Shown here: piece after piece, positions 24,301-36,410 of the stretch
How positions within the stretch are numbered: the stretch's first letter is position 1
How the letters are laid out: every line of letters begins with the position of its first letter
Assembly: GCA_900617105.1 (NCBI GenBank)
Contig: UYFQ01000339.1
Location: 1 to 36,410 of the forward strand
Source of the DNA: Hydrurus foetidus
Lineage: Eukaryota
Length of the DNA stretch: 36,410 bases
Direction: 5' to 3'
Program-made: the position numbers and the translations under genes
The notes under the pieces: model-generated
Database searches by the model: none
The model's input: the letters and a program-made list of their open reading frames with translations, nothing else
What the model was told of the DNA's origin: nothing

Positions 24301-27300
24301 GGATAATGACGTACCTTTTTTTTCAGTAGTATTTGATTTAAACAAATGTTTCCAACTTGGAACGAAAGTGTTTAGAAACACTAAAACAGTTCTTAATGAT
24401 GTACATAAGTAGCACAAATGATTAGATTGAAGTATTCAAAAAGTTATTTAATGTTATACAGTACTGCAGTAAAGGATAATGACATACCTTTTTTTTGTAG
24501 TAGTATTTGATTTAAACAAATGTTTCCAACTTGGAACGAAAGTGTTTAGAAACACTAAAACAGTTCTTAATGATGTACATAAGTAGCACAAATGATTAGA
24601 TTGAAGTATTCAAAAAGTTATTTAATGTTATACAGTACTGCAGTAAAGGGTAATGACATACCTTTTTTTTTGTAGTATTTGATTTAAACAAATGTTTCCA
24701 ACTTGGAACGAAAGTGTTTAGAAACACTAAAACAGTTCTTAATGATGTACATAAGTAGCACAAATGATTAGATTGAAGTATTCAAAAAGTTATTTAATGT
24801 TATACAGTACTGCAGTAAAGGGTAATGACATACCTTTTTTTTGTAGTATTTGATTTAAACAAATGTTTCCAACTTGGAACGAAAGTGTTTAGAAACACTA
24901 AAACAGTTCTTAATGATGTACATAAGTAGCACAAATGATTAGATTGAAGTATTCAAAAAGTTATTTAATGTTATACAGTACTGCAGTAAAGGGTAATGAC
25001 ATACCTTTTTTTTGTAGTATTTAATTTAAACAAATGTTTCCAACTTGGAACGAAAGTGTTTAGAAACACTAAAACAGTTCTTAATGATGTACATAAGTAG
25101 CACAAATGATTAGATTGAAGTATTCAAAAAGTTATTTAATGTTATACAGTACTGCAGTAAAGGGTAATGACATACCTTTTTTTTGTAGTATTTAATTTAA
25201 ACAAATGTTTCCAACTTGGAACGAAAGTGTTTAGAAACACTAAAACAGTTCTTAATGATGTACATAAGTAGCACAAATGATTAGATTGAAGTATTCAAAA
25301 AGTTATTTAATGTTATACAGTACTGCAGTAAAGGGTAATGACATACCTTTTTTTTGTAGTATTTGATTTAAACAAATGTTTCCAACTTGGAACGAAAGTG
25401 TTTAGAAACACTAAAACAGTTCTTAATGATGTACATAAGTAGCACAAATGATTAGATTGAAGTATTCAAAAAGTTATTTAATGTTATACAGTACTGCAGT
25501 AAAGGGTAATGACATACCTTTTTTTTTGTAGTATTTGATTTAAACAAATGTTTCCAACTTGGAACGAAAGTGTTTAGAAACACTAAAACAGTTCTTAATG
25601 ATGTACATAAGTAGCACAAATGATTAGATTGAAGTATTCAAAAAGTTATTTAATGTTATACAGTACTGCAGTAAAGGGTAATGACATACCTTTTTTTTTG
25701 TAGTATTTGATTTAAACAAATGTTTCCAACTTGGAACGAAAGTGTTTAGAAACACTAAAACAGTTCTTAATGATGTACATAAGTAGCACAAATGATTAGA
25801 TTGAAGTATTCAAAAAGTTATTTAATGTTATACAGTACTGCAGTAAAGGGTAATGACATACCTTTTTTTTGTAGTATTTGATTTAAACAAATGTTTCCAA
25901 CTTGGAACGAAAGTGTTTAGAAACACTAAAACAGTTCTTAATGATGTACATAAGTAGCACAAATGATTAGATTGAAGTATTCAAAAAGTTATTTAATGTT
26001 ATACAGTACTGCAGTAAAGGGTAATGACATACCTTTTTTTTTGTAGTATTTAATTTAAACAAATGTTTCCAACTTGGAACGAAAGTGTTTAGAAACACTA
26101 AAACAGTTCTTAATGATGTACATAAGTAGCACAAATGATTAGATTGAAGTATTCAAAAAGTTATTTAATGTTATACAGTACTGCAGTAAAGGGTAATGAC
26201 ATACCTTTTTTTTGTAGTATTTAATTTAAACAAATGTTTCCAACTTGGAACGAAAGTGTTTAGAAACACTAAAACAGTTCTTAATGATGTACATAAGTAG
26301 CACAAATGATTAGATTGAAGTATTCAAAAAGTTATTTAATGTTATACAGTACTGCAGTAAAGGGTAATGACATACCTTTTTTTTGTAGTATTTAATTTAA
26401 ACAAATGTTTCCAACTTGGAACGAAAGTGTTTAGAAACACTAAAACAGTTCTTAATGATGTACATAAGTAGCACAAATGATTAGATTGAAGTATTCAAAA
26501 AGTTATTTAATGTTATACAGTACTGCAGTAAAGGGTAATGACATACCTTTTTTTTTGTAGTATTTAATTTAAACAAATGTTTCCAACTTGGAACGAAAGT
26601 GTTTAGAAACACTAAAACAGTTCTTAATGATGTACATAAGTAGCACAAATGATTAGATTGAAGTATTCAAAAAGTTATTTAATGTTATACAGTACTGCAG
26701 TAAAGGGTAATGACATACCTTTTTTTTTGTAGTATTTGATTTAAACAAATGTTTCCAACTTGGAACGAAAGTGTTTAGAAACACTAAAACAGTTCTTAAT
26801 GATGTACATAAGTAGCACAAATGATTAGATTGAAGTATTCAAAAAGTTATTTAATGTTATACAGTACTGCAGTAAAGGGTAATGACATACCTTTTTTTTT
26901 GTAGTATTTAATTTAAACAAATGTTTCCAACTTGGAACGAAAGTGTTTAGAAACACTAAAACAGTTCTTAATGATGTACATAAGTAGCACAAATGATTAG
27001 ATTGAAGTATTCAAAAAGTTATTTAATGTTATACAGTACTGCAGTAAAGGGTAATGACATACCTTTTTTTTTGTAGTATTTAATTTAAACAAATGTTTCC
27101 AACTTGGAACGAAAGTGTTTAGAAACACTAAAACAGTTCTTAATGATGTACATAAGTAGCACAAATGATTAGATTGAAGTATTCAAAAAGTTATTTAATG
27201 TTATACAGTACTGCAGTAAAGGGTAATGACATACCTTTTTTTTTGTAGTATTTAATTTAAACAAATGTTTCCAACTTGGAACGAAAGTGTTTAGAAACAC

Positions 27301-30300
27301 TAAAACAGTTCTTAATGATGTACATAAGTAGCACAAATGATTAGATTGAAGTATTCAAAAAGTTATTTAATGTTATACAGTACTGCAGTAAAGGGTAATG
27401 ACATACCTTTTTTTTTGTAGTATTTAATTTAAACAAATGTTTCCAACTTGGAACGAAAGTGTTTAGAAACACTAAAACAGTTCTTAATGATGTACATAAG
27501 TAGCACAAATGATTAGATTGAAGTATTCAAAAAGTTATTTAATGTTATACAGTACTGCAGTAAAGGGTAATGACATACCTTTTTTTTTTGTAGTATTTGA
27601 TTTAAACAAATGTTTCCAACTTGGAACGAAAGTGTTTAGAAACACTAAAACAGTTCTTAATGATGTACATAAGTAGCACAAATGATTAGATTGAAGTATT
27701 CAAAAAGTTATTTAATGTTATACAGTACTGCAGTAAAGGGTAATGACATACCTTTTTTTTTGTAGTATTTGATTTAAACAAATGTTTCCAACTTGGAACG
27801 AAAGTGTTTAGAAACACTAAAACAGTTCTTAATGATGTACATAAGTAGCACAAATGATTAGATTGAAGTATTCAAAAAGTTATTTAATGTTATACAGTAC
27901 TGCAGTAAAGGGTAATGACATACCTTTTTTTTGTAGTATTTAATTTAAACAAATGTTTCCAACTTGGAACGAAAGTGTTTAGAAACACTAAAACAGTTCT
28001 TAATGATGTACATAAGTAGCACAAATGATTAGATTGAAGTATTCAAAAAGTTATTTAATGTTATACAGTACTGCAGTAAAGGGTAATGACATACCTTTTT
28101 TTTGTAGTATTTGATTTAAACAAATGTTTCCAACTTGGAACGAAAGTGTTTAGAAACACTAAAACAGTTCTTAATGATGTACATAAGTAGCACAAATGAT
28201 TAGATTGAAGTATTCAAAAAGTTATTTAATGTTATACAGTACTGCAGTAAAGGGTAATGACATACCTTTTTTTTTGTAGTATTTAATTCAAACAAATGTT
28301 TCCAACTTGGAACGAAAGTGTTTAGAAACACTAAAACAGTTCTTAATGATGTACATAAGTAGCACAAATGATTAGATTGAAGTATTCAAAAAGTTATTTA
28401 ATGTTATACAGTACTGCAGTAAAGGGTAATGACATACCTTTTTTTTGTAGTATTTGATTTAAACAAATGTTTCCAACTTGGAACGAAAGTGTTTAGAAAC
28501 ACTAAAACAGTTCTTAATGATGTACATAAGTAGCACAAATGATTAGATTGAAGTATTCAAAAAGTTATTTAATGTTATACAGTACTGCAGTAAAGGGTAA
28601 TGACATACCTTTTTTTTGTAGTATTTGATTTAAACAAATGTTTCCAACTTGGAACGAAAGTGTTTAGAAACACTAAAACAGTTCTTAATGATGTACATAA
28701 GTAGCACAAATGATTAGATTGAAGTATTCAAAAAGTTATTTAATGTTATACAGTACTGCAGTAAAGGGTAATGACATACCTTTTTTTTGTAGTATTTGAT
28801 TTAAACAAATGTTTCCAACTTGGAACGAAAGTGTTTAGAAACACTAAAACAGTTCTTAATGATGTACATAAGTAGCACAAATGATTAGATTGAAGTATTC
28901 AAAAAGTTATTTAATGTTATACAGTACTGCAGTAAAGGGTAATGACATACCTTTTTTTTTGTAGTATTTAATTTAAACAAATGTTTCCAACTTGGAACGA
29001 AAGTGTTTAGAAACACTAAAACAGTTCTTAATGATGTACATAAGTAGCACAAATGATTAGATTGAAGTATTCAAAAAGTTATTTAATGTTATACAGTACT
29101 GCAGTAAAGGGTAATGACATACCTTTTTTTTTGTAGTATTTGATTTAGAAAAATGTTTCCAACTTGGAACGAAAGTGTTTAGAAACACTAAAACAGTTCT
29201 TAATGATGTACATAAGTAGCACAAATGATTAGATTGAAGTATTCAAAAAGTTATTTAATGTTATACAGTACTGCAGTAAAGGGTAATGACATACCTTTTT
29301 TTTTAGTAGTATTTAATTCAAACAAATGTTTCCAACTTGGAACGAAAGTGTTTAGAAACACTAAAACAGTTCTTAATGATGTACATAAGTAGCACAAATG
29401 ATTAGATTGAAGTATTCAAAAAGTTATTTAATGTTATACAGTACTGCAGTAAAGGGTAATGACATACCTTTTTTTTGTAGTATTTGATTTAAACAAATGT
29501 TTCCAACTTGGAACGAAAGTGTTTAGAAACACTAAAACAGTTCTTAATGATGTACATAAGTAGCACAAATGATTAGATTGAAGTATTCAAAAAGTTATTT
29601 AATGTTATACAGTACTGCAGTAAAGGGTAATGACATACCTTTTTTTTGTAGTATTTAATTTAAACAAATGTTTCCAACTTGGAACGAAAGTGTTTAGAAA
29701 CACTAAAACAGTTCTTAATGATGTACATAAGTAGCACAAATGATTAGATTGAAGTATTCAAAAAGTTATTTAATGTTATACAGTACTGCAGTAAAGGGTA
29801 ATGACATACCTTTTTTTTGTAGTATTTAATTTAAACAAATGTTTCCAACTTGGAACGAAAGTGTTTAGAAACACTAAAACAGTTCTTAATGATGTACATA
29901 AGTAGCACAAATGATTAGATTGAAGTATTCAAAAAGTTATTTAATGTTATACAGTACTGCAGTAAAGGGTAATGACATACCTTTTTTTTTGTAGTATTTA
30001 ATTTAAACAAATGTTTCCAACTTGGAACGAAAGTGTTTAGAAACACTAAAACAGTTCTTAATGATGTACATAAGTAGCACAAATGATTAGATTGAAGTAT
30101 TCAAAAAGTTATTTAATGTTATACAGTACTGCAGTAAAGGGTAATGACATACCTTTTTTTTTGTAGTATTTAATTTAAACAAATGTTTCCAACTTGGAAC
30201 GAAAGTGTTTAGAAACACTAAAACAGTTCTTAATGATGTACATAAGTAGCACAAATGATTAGATTGAAGTATTCAAAAAGTTATTTAATGTTATACAGTA

Positions 30301-33300
30301 CTGCAGTAAAGGGTAATGACATACCTTTTTTTTTGTAGTATTTAATTTAAACAAATGTTTCCAACTTGGAACGAAAGTGTTTAGAAACACTAAAACAGTT
30401 CTTAATGATGTACATAAGTAGCACAAATGATTAGATTGAAGTATTCAAAAAGTTATTTAATGTTATACAGTACTGCAGTAAAGGGTAATGACATACCTTT
30501 TTTTTTGTAGTATTTAATTTAAACAAATGTTTCCAACTTGGAACGAAAGTGTTTAGAAACACTAAAACAGTTCTTAATGATGTACATAAGTAGCACAAAT
30601 GATTAGATTGAAGTATTCAAAAAGTTATTTAATGTTATACAGTACTGCAGTAAAGGGTAATGACATACCTTTTTTTTGTAGTAGTATTTAATTTAAACAA
30701 ATGTTTCCAACTTGGAACGAAAGTGTTTAGAAACACTAAAACAGTTCTTAATGATGTACATAAGTAGCACAAATGATTAGATTGAAGTATTCAAAAAGTT
30801 ATTTAATGTTATACAGTACTGCAGTAAAGGGTAATGACATACCTTTTTTTTTGTAGTATTTAATTTAAACAAATGTTTCCAACTTGGAACGAAAGTGTTT
30901 AGAAACACTAAAACAGTTCTTAATGATGTACATAAGTAGCACAAATGATTAGATTGAAGTATTCAAAAAGTTATTTAATGTTATACAGTACTGCAGTAAA
31001 GGGTAATGACATACCTTTTTTTTTGTAGTATTTGATTTAAACAAATGTTTCCAACTTGGAACGAAAGTGTTTAGAAACACTAAAACAGTTCTTAATGATG
31101 TACATAAGTAGCACAAATGATTAGATTGAAGTATTCAAAAAGTTATTTAATGTTATACAGTACTGCAGTAAAGGGTAATGACATACCTTTTTTTTGTAGT
31201 AGTATTTGATTTAAACAAATGTTTCCAACTTGGAACGAAAGTGTTTAGAAACACTAAAACAGTTCTTAATGATGTACATAAGTAGCACAAATGATTAGAT
31301 TGAAGTATTCAAAAAGTTATTTAATGTTATACAGTACTGCAGTAAAGGGTAATGACATACCTTTTTTTTGTAGTATTTAATTTAAACAAATGTTTCCAAC
31401 TTGGAACGAAAGTGTTTAGAAACACTAAAACAGTTCTTAATGATGTACATAAGTAGCACAAATGATTAGATTGAAGTATTCAAAAAGTTATTTAATGTTA
31501 TACAGTACTGCAGTAAAGGGTAATGACATACCTTTTTTTTGTAGTATTTGATTTAAAAAATGTTTCCAACTTGGAACGAAAGTGTTTAGAAACACTAAAA
31601 CAGTTCTTAATGATGTACATAAGTAGCACAAATGATTAGATTGAAGTATTCAAAAAGTTATTTAATGTTATACAGTACTGCAGTAAAGGGTAATGACATA
31701 CCTTTTTTTTTGTAGTATTTGATTTAAACAAATGTTTCCAACTTGGAACGAAAGTGTTTAGAAACACTAAAACAGTTCTTAATGATGTACATAAGTAGCA
31801 CAAATGATTAGATTGAAGTATTCAAAAAGTATTTAATGTTATACAGTACTGCAGTAAAGGGTAATGACATACCTTTTTTTTTGTAGTATTTAATTCAAAA
31901 AAATGTTTCCAACTTGGAACGAAAGTGTTTAGAAACACTAAAACAGTTCTTAATGATGTACATAAGTAGCACAAATGATTAGATTGAAGTATTCAAAAAG
32001 TTATTTAATGTTATACAGTACTGCAGTAAAGGGTAATGACATACCTTTTTTTTTTGTAGTATTTAATTCAGAAAAATGTTTCCAACTTGGAACGAAAGTG
32101 TTTAGAAACACTAAAACAGTTCTTAATGATGTACATAAGTAGCACAAATGATTAGATTGAAGTATTCAAAAAGTTATTTAATGTTATACAGTACTGCAGT
32201 AAAGGGTAATGACATACCTTTTTTTTTGTAGTATTTAATTTAAACAAATGTTTCCAACTTGGAACGAAAGTGTTTAGAAACACTAAAACAGTTCTTAATG
32301 ATGTACATAAGTAGCACAAATGATTAGATTGAAGTATTCAAAAAGTTATTTAATGTTATACAGTACTGCAGTAAAGGGTAATGACATACCTTTTTTTTTA
32401 GTAGTATTTAATTTAAACAAATGTTTCCAACTTGGAACGAAAGTGTTTAGAAACACTAAAACAGTTCTTAATGATGTACATAAGTAGCACAAATGATTAG
32501 ATTGAAGTATTCAAAAAGTTATTTAATGTTATACAGTACTGCAGTAAAGGGTAATGACATACCTTTTTTTTGTAGTATTTAATTTAAACAAATGTTTCCA
32601 ACTTGGAACGAAAGTGTTTAGAAACACTAAAACAGTTCTTAATGATGTACATAAGTAGCACAAATGATTAGATTGAAGTATTCAAAAAGTTATTTAATGT
32701 TATACAGTACTGCAGTAAAGGGTAATGACATACCTTTTTTTTTTGTAGTATTTAATTTAAAAAATGTTTCCAACTTGGAACGAAAGTGTTTAGAAACACT
32801 AAAACAGTTCTTAATGATGTACATAAGTAGCACAAATGATTAGATTGAAGTATTCAAAAAGTTATTTAATGTTATACAGTACTGCAGTAAAGGGTAATGA
32901 CATACCTTTTTTTTGTAGTATTTAATTTAAACAAATGTTTCCAACTTGGAACGAAAGTGTTTAGAAACACTAAAACAGTTCTTAATGATGTACATAAGTA
33001 GCACAAATGATTAGATTGAAGTATTCAAAAAGTTATTTAATGTTATACAGTACTGCAGTAAAGGGTAATGACATACCTTTTTTTTGTAGTATTTAATTTA
33101 AACAAATGTTTCCAACTTGGAACGAAAGTGTTTAGAAACACTAAAACAGTTCTTAATGATGTACATAAGTAGCACAAATGATTAGATTGAAGTATTCAAA
33201 AAGTTATTTAATGTTATACAGTACTGCAGTAAAGGGTAATGACATACCTTTTTTTTGTAGTATTTAATTTAAAAAATGTTTCCAACTTGGAACGAAAGTG

Positions 33301-36300
33301 TTTAGAAACACTAAAACAGTTCTTAATGATGTACATAAGTAGCACAAATGATTAGATTGAAGTATTCAAAAAGTTATTTAATGTTATACAGTACTGCAGT
33401 AAAGGGTAATGACATACCTTTTTTTTTTGTAGTATTTAATTTAGAAAAATGTTTCCAACTTGGAACGAAAGTGTTTAGAAACACTAAAACAGTTCTTAAT
33501 GATGTACATAAGTAGCACAAATGATTAGATTGAAGTATTCAAAAAGTTATTTAATGTTATACAGTACTGCAGTAAAGGGTAATGACATACCTTTTTTTTT
33601 GTAGTATTTAATTTAAACAAATGTTTCCAACTTGGAACGAAAGTGTTTAGAAACACTAAAACAGTTCTTAATGATGTACATAAGTAGCACAAATGATTAG
33701 ATTGAAGTATTCAAAAAGTTATTTAATGTTATACAGTACTGCAGTAAAGGGTAATGACATACCTTTTTTTTTTTGTAGTATTTAATTTAAACAAATGTTT
33801 CCAACTTGGAACGAAAGTGTTTAGAAACACTAAAACAGTTCTTAATGATGTACATAAGTAGCACAAATGATTAGATTGAAGTATTCAAAAAGTTATTTAA
33901 TGTTATACAGTACTGCAGTAAAGGGTAATGACATACCTTTTTTTTGTAGTATTTAATTTAAAAAATGTTTCCAACTTGGAACGAAAGTGTTTAGAAACAC
34001 TAAAACAGTTCTTAATGATGTACATAAGTAGCACAAATGATTAGATTGAAGTATTCAAAAAGTTATTTAATGTTATACAGTACTGCAGTAAAGGGTAATG
34101 ACATACCTTTTTTTTGTAGTATTTAATTTAAACAAATGTTTCCAACTTGGAACGAAAGTGTTTAGAAACACTAAAACAGTTCTTAATGATGTACATAAGT
34201 AGCACAAATGATTAGATTGAAGTATTCAAAAAGTTATGTAATGTTATACAGTACTGCAGTAAAGGGTAATGACATACCTTTTTTTTTGTAGTATTTGATT
34301 TAAACAAATGTTTCCAACTTGGAACGAAAGTGTTTAGAAACACTAAAACAGTTCTTAATGATGTACATAAGTAGCACAAATGATTAGATTGAAGTATTCA
34401 AAAGTTATTTAATGTTATACAGTACTGCAGTAAAGGGTAATGACATACCTTTTTTTTGTAGTATTTGATTTAAACAAATGTTTCCAACTTGGAACGAAAG
34501 TGTTTAGAAACACTAAAACAGTTCTTAATGATGTACATAAGTAGCACAAATGATTAGATTGAAGTATTCAAAAAGTTATTTAATGTTATACAGTACTGCA
34601 GTAAAGGGTAATGACATACCTTTTTTTTAGTAGTATTTGATTTAAACAAATGTTTCCAACTTGGAACGAAAGTGTTTAGAAACACTAAAACAGTTCTTAA
34701 TGATGTACATAAGTAGCACAAATGATTAGATTGAAGTATTCAAAAAGTTATTTAATGTTATACAGTACTGCAGTAAAGGGTAATGACATACCTTTTTTTT
34801 TGTAGTATTTAATTCAAAAAATGTTTCCAACTTGGAACGAAAGTGTTTAGAAACACTAAAACAGTTCTTAATGATGTACATAAGTAGCACAAATGATTAG
34901 ATTGAAGTATTCAAAAAGTTATTTAATGTTATACAGTACTGCAGTAAAGGGTAATGACATACCTTTTTTTTTTGTAGTATTTAATTTAAACAAATGTTTC
35001 CAACTTGGAACGAAAGTGTTTAGAAACACTAAAACAGTTCTTAATGATGTACATAAGTAGCACAAATGATTAGATTGAAGTATTCAAAAAGTTATTTAAT
35101 GTTATACAGTACTGCAGTAAAGGGTAATGACATACCTTTTTTTTGTAGTAGTATTTGATTCAAACAAATGTTTCCAACTTGGAACGAAAGTGTTTAGAAA
35201 CACTAAAACAGTTCTTAATGATGTACATAAGTAGCACAAATGATTAGATTGAAGTATTCAAAAAGTTATTTAATGTTATACAGTACTGCAGTAAAGGGTA
35301 ATGACATACCTTTTTTTTTTAGTATTTGATTTAAACAAATGTTTCCAACTTGGAACGAAAGTGTTTAGAAACACTAAAACAGTTCTTAATGATGTACATA
35401 AGTAGCACAAATGATTAGATTGAAGTATTCAAAAAGTTATTTAATGTTATACAGTACTGCAGTAAAGGATAATGACATACCTTTTTTTTGTAGTAGTATT
35501 TAATTTAAAAATGTTTCCAACTTGGAACGAAAGTGTTTAGAAACACTAAAACAGTTCTTAATGATGTACATAAGTAGCACAAATGATTAGATTGAAGTAT
35601 TCAAAAAGTTATTTAATGTTATACAGTACTGCAGTAAAGGGTAATGACATACCTTTTTTTTGTAGTATTTAGTTTAAAAAATGTTTCCAACTTGGAACGA
35701 AAGTGTTTAGAAACACTAAAACAGTTCTTAATGATGTACATAAGTAGCACAAATGATTAGATTGAAGTATTCAAAAAGTATTTAATGTTATACAGTACTG
35801 CAGTAAAGGGTAATGACATACCTTTTTTTTTTGTAGTATTTGATTTAAACAAATGTTTCCAACTTGGAACGAAAGTGTTTAGAAACACTAAGTTCTTAAT
35901 GATGTACATAAGTAGCACAAATGATTAGATTGAAGTATTCAAAAAGTTATTTAATGTTATACAGTACTGCAGTAAAGGGTAATGACATACCTTTTTTTTT
36001 AGTAGTATTTAGTTTAATAAAGTGTTTCCAACTTGGAACGAAAGTGTTTAGAAACACTAAAACAGTTCTTAATGATGTACATAAGTAGCACAAATGATTA
36101 GATTGAAGTATTCAAAAAGTTATTTAATGTTATACAGTACTGCAGTAAAGGGTAATGACATACCTTTTTTTTTTGTAGTATTTGATTTAAACAAATGTTT
36201 CCAACTTGGAACGAAAGTGTTTAGAAACACTAAAACAGTTCTTAATGATGTACATAAGTAGCACAAATGATTAGATTGAAGTATTCAAAAAGTTATTTAA

Positions 36301-36410
36301 TGTTATACAGTACTGCAGTAAAGGGTAAATGACATACCTTTTTTTTTTTGTAGTATTTAGTTTAATAAAGTGTTTCTAACTTGGAACGAAAGTGTTTAGA
36401 AACACTAAAG
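9384..36410 (+). repeat. Tandem satellite array, ~171-172 bp monomer, ~158 copies head-to-tail
   Basis: Unit starts at 9384, 9557, 9730, 9902, 10072 ... 36329. Consensus ATGACATACC(T)nGTAGTATTT(A/G)ATTTAAACAAATGTTTCCAACTTGGAACGAAAGTGTTTAGAAACACTAAAACAGTTCTTAATGATGTACATAAGTAGCACAAATGATTAGATTGAAGTATTCAAAAAGTTATTTAATGTTATACAGTACTGCAGTAAAGGGTA; ~27% GC by hand count; no long ORF; no orientation switch or insertion seen. Copy number is estimated as length/171.5. Confidence 0.99.

Noticed and set aside
9384..36410. Identity with primate alpha satellite because of the 171-bp length; also a regular higher-order repeat
   Set aside because: No recognisable alpha-satellite sequence or CENP-B box. The A/G and poly-T variants show no period I could establish by eye; autocorrelation analysis would be needed.

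Overview
Eukaryotic DNA (spliceosomal GT-AG introns with AT-rich interiors) at a junction between a transposon-rich block and a satellite array. Bases 1-4113 (minus strand) hold one spliced gene that the ORF track splits up. Five exons join in frame across four GT-AG introns into a protein of >1209 aa that runs off the window edge. It has a DDE core resembling Zator/TP36(ISAzo13)-type transposases and a Cys-rich tail. Bases 4832-7406 are a complete PIF/Harbinger transposon: 18-bp TIRs, TTA target duplication, an intact 388-aa DDE nuclease and a convergent Myb/SANT gene broken by one in-frame TAA. A 263-bp fold-back MITE with its own TTA duplication follows (7485-7747), and a degenerate tRNA-like sequence lies at about 4573-4645. 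A decayed transposase-like pseudogene (about 8126-9297) runs through a probable intron donor straight into a ~27-kb head-to-tail satellite (9384-36410). The satellite has about 158 copies of a ~171-172 bp, ~27% GC, dyad-rich monomer. Its variants form layers, with a homogeneous core and older variants on both flanks. Family assignments come from motif recognition only; no searches were run.
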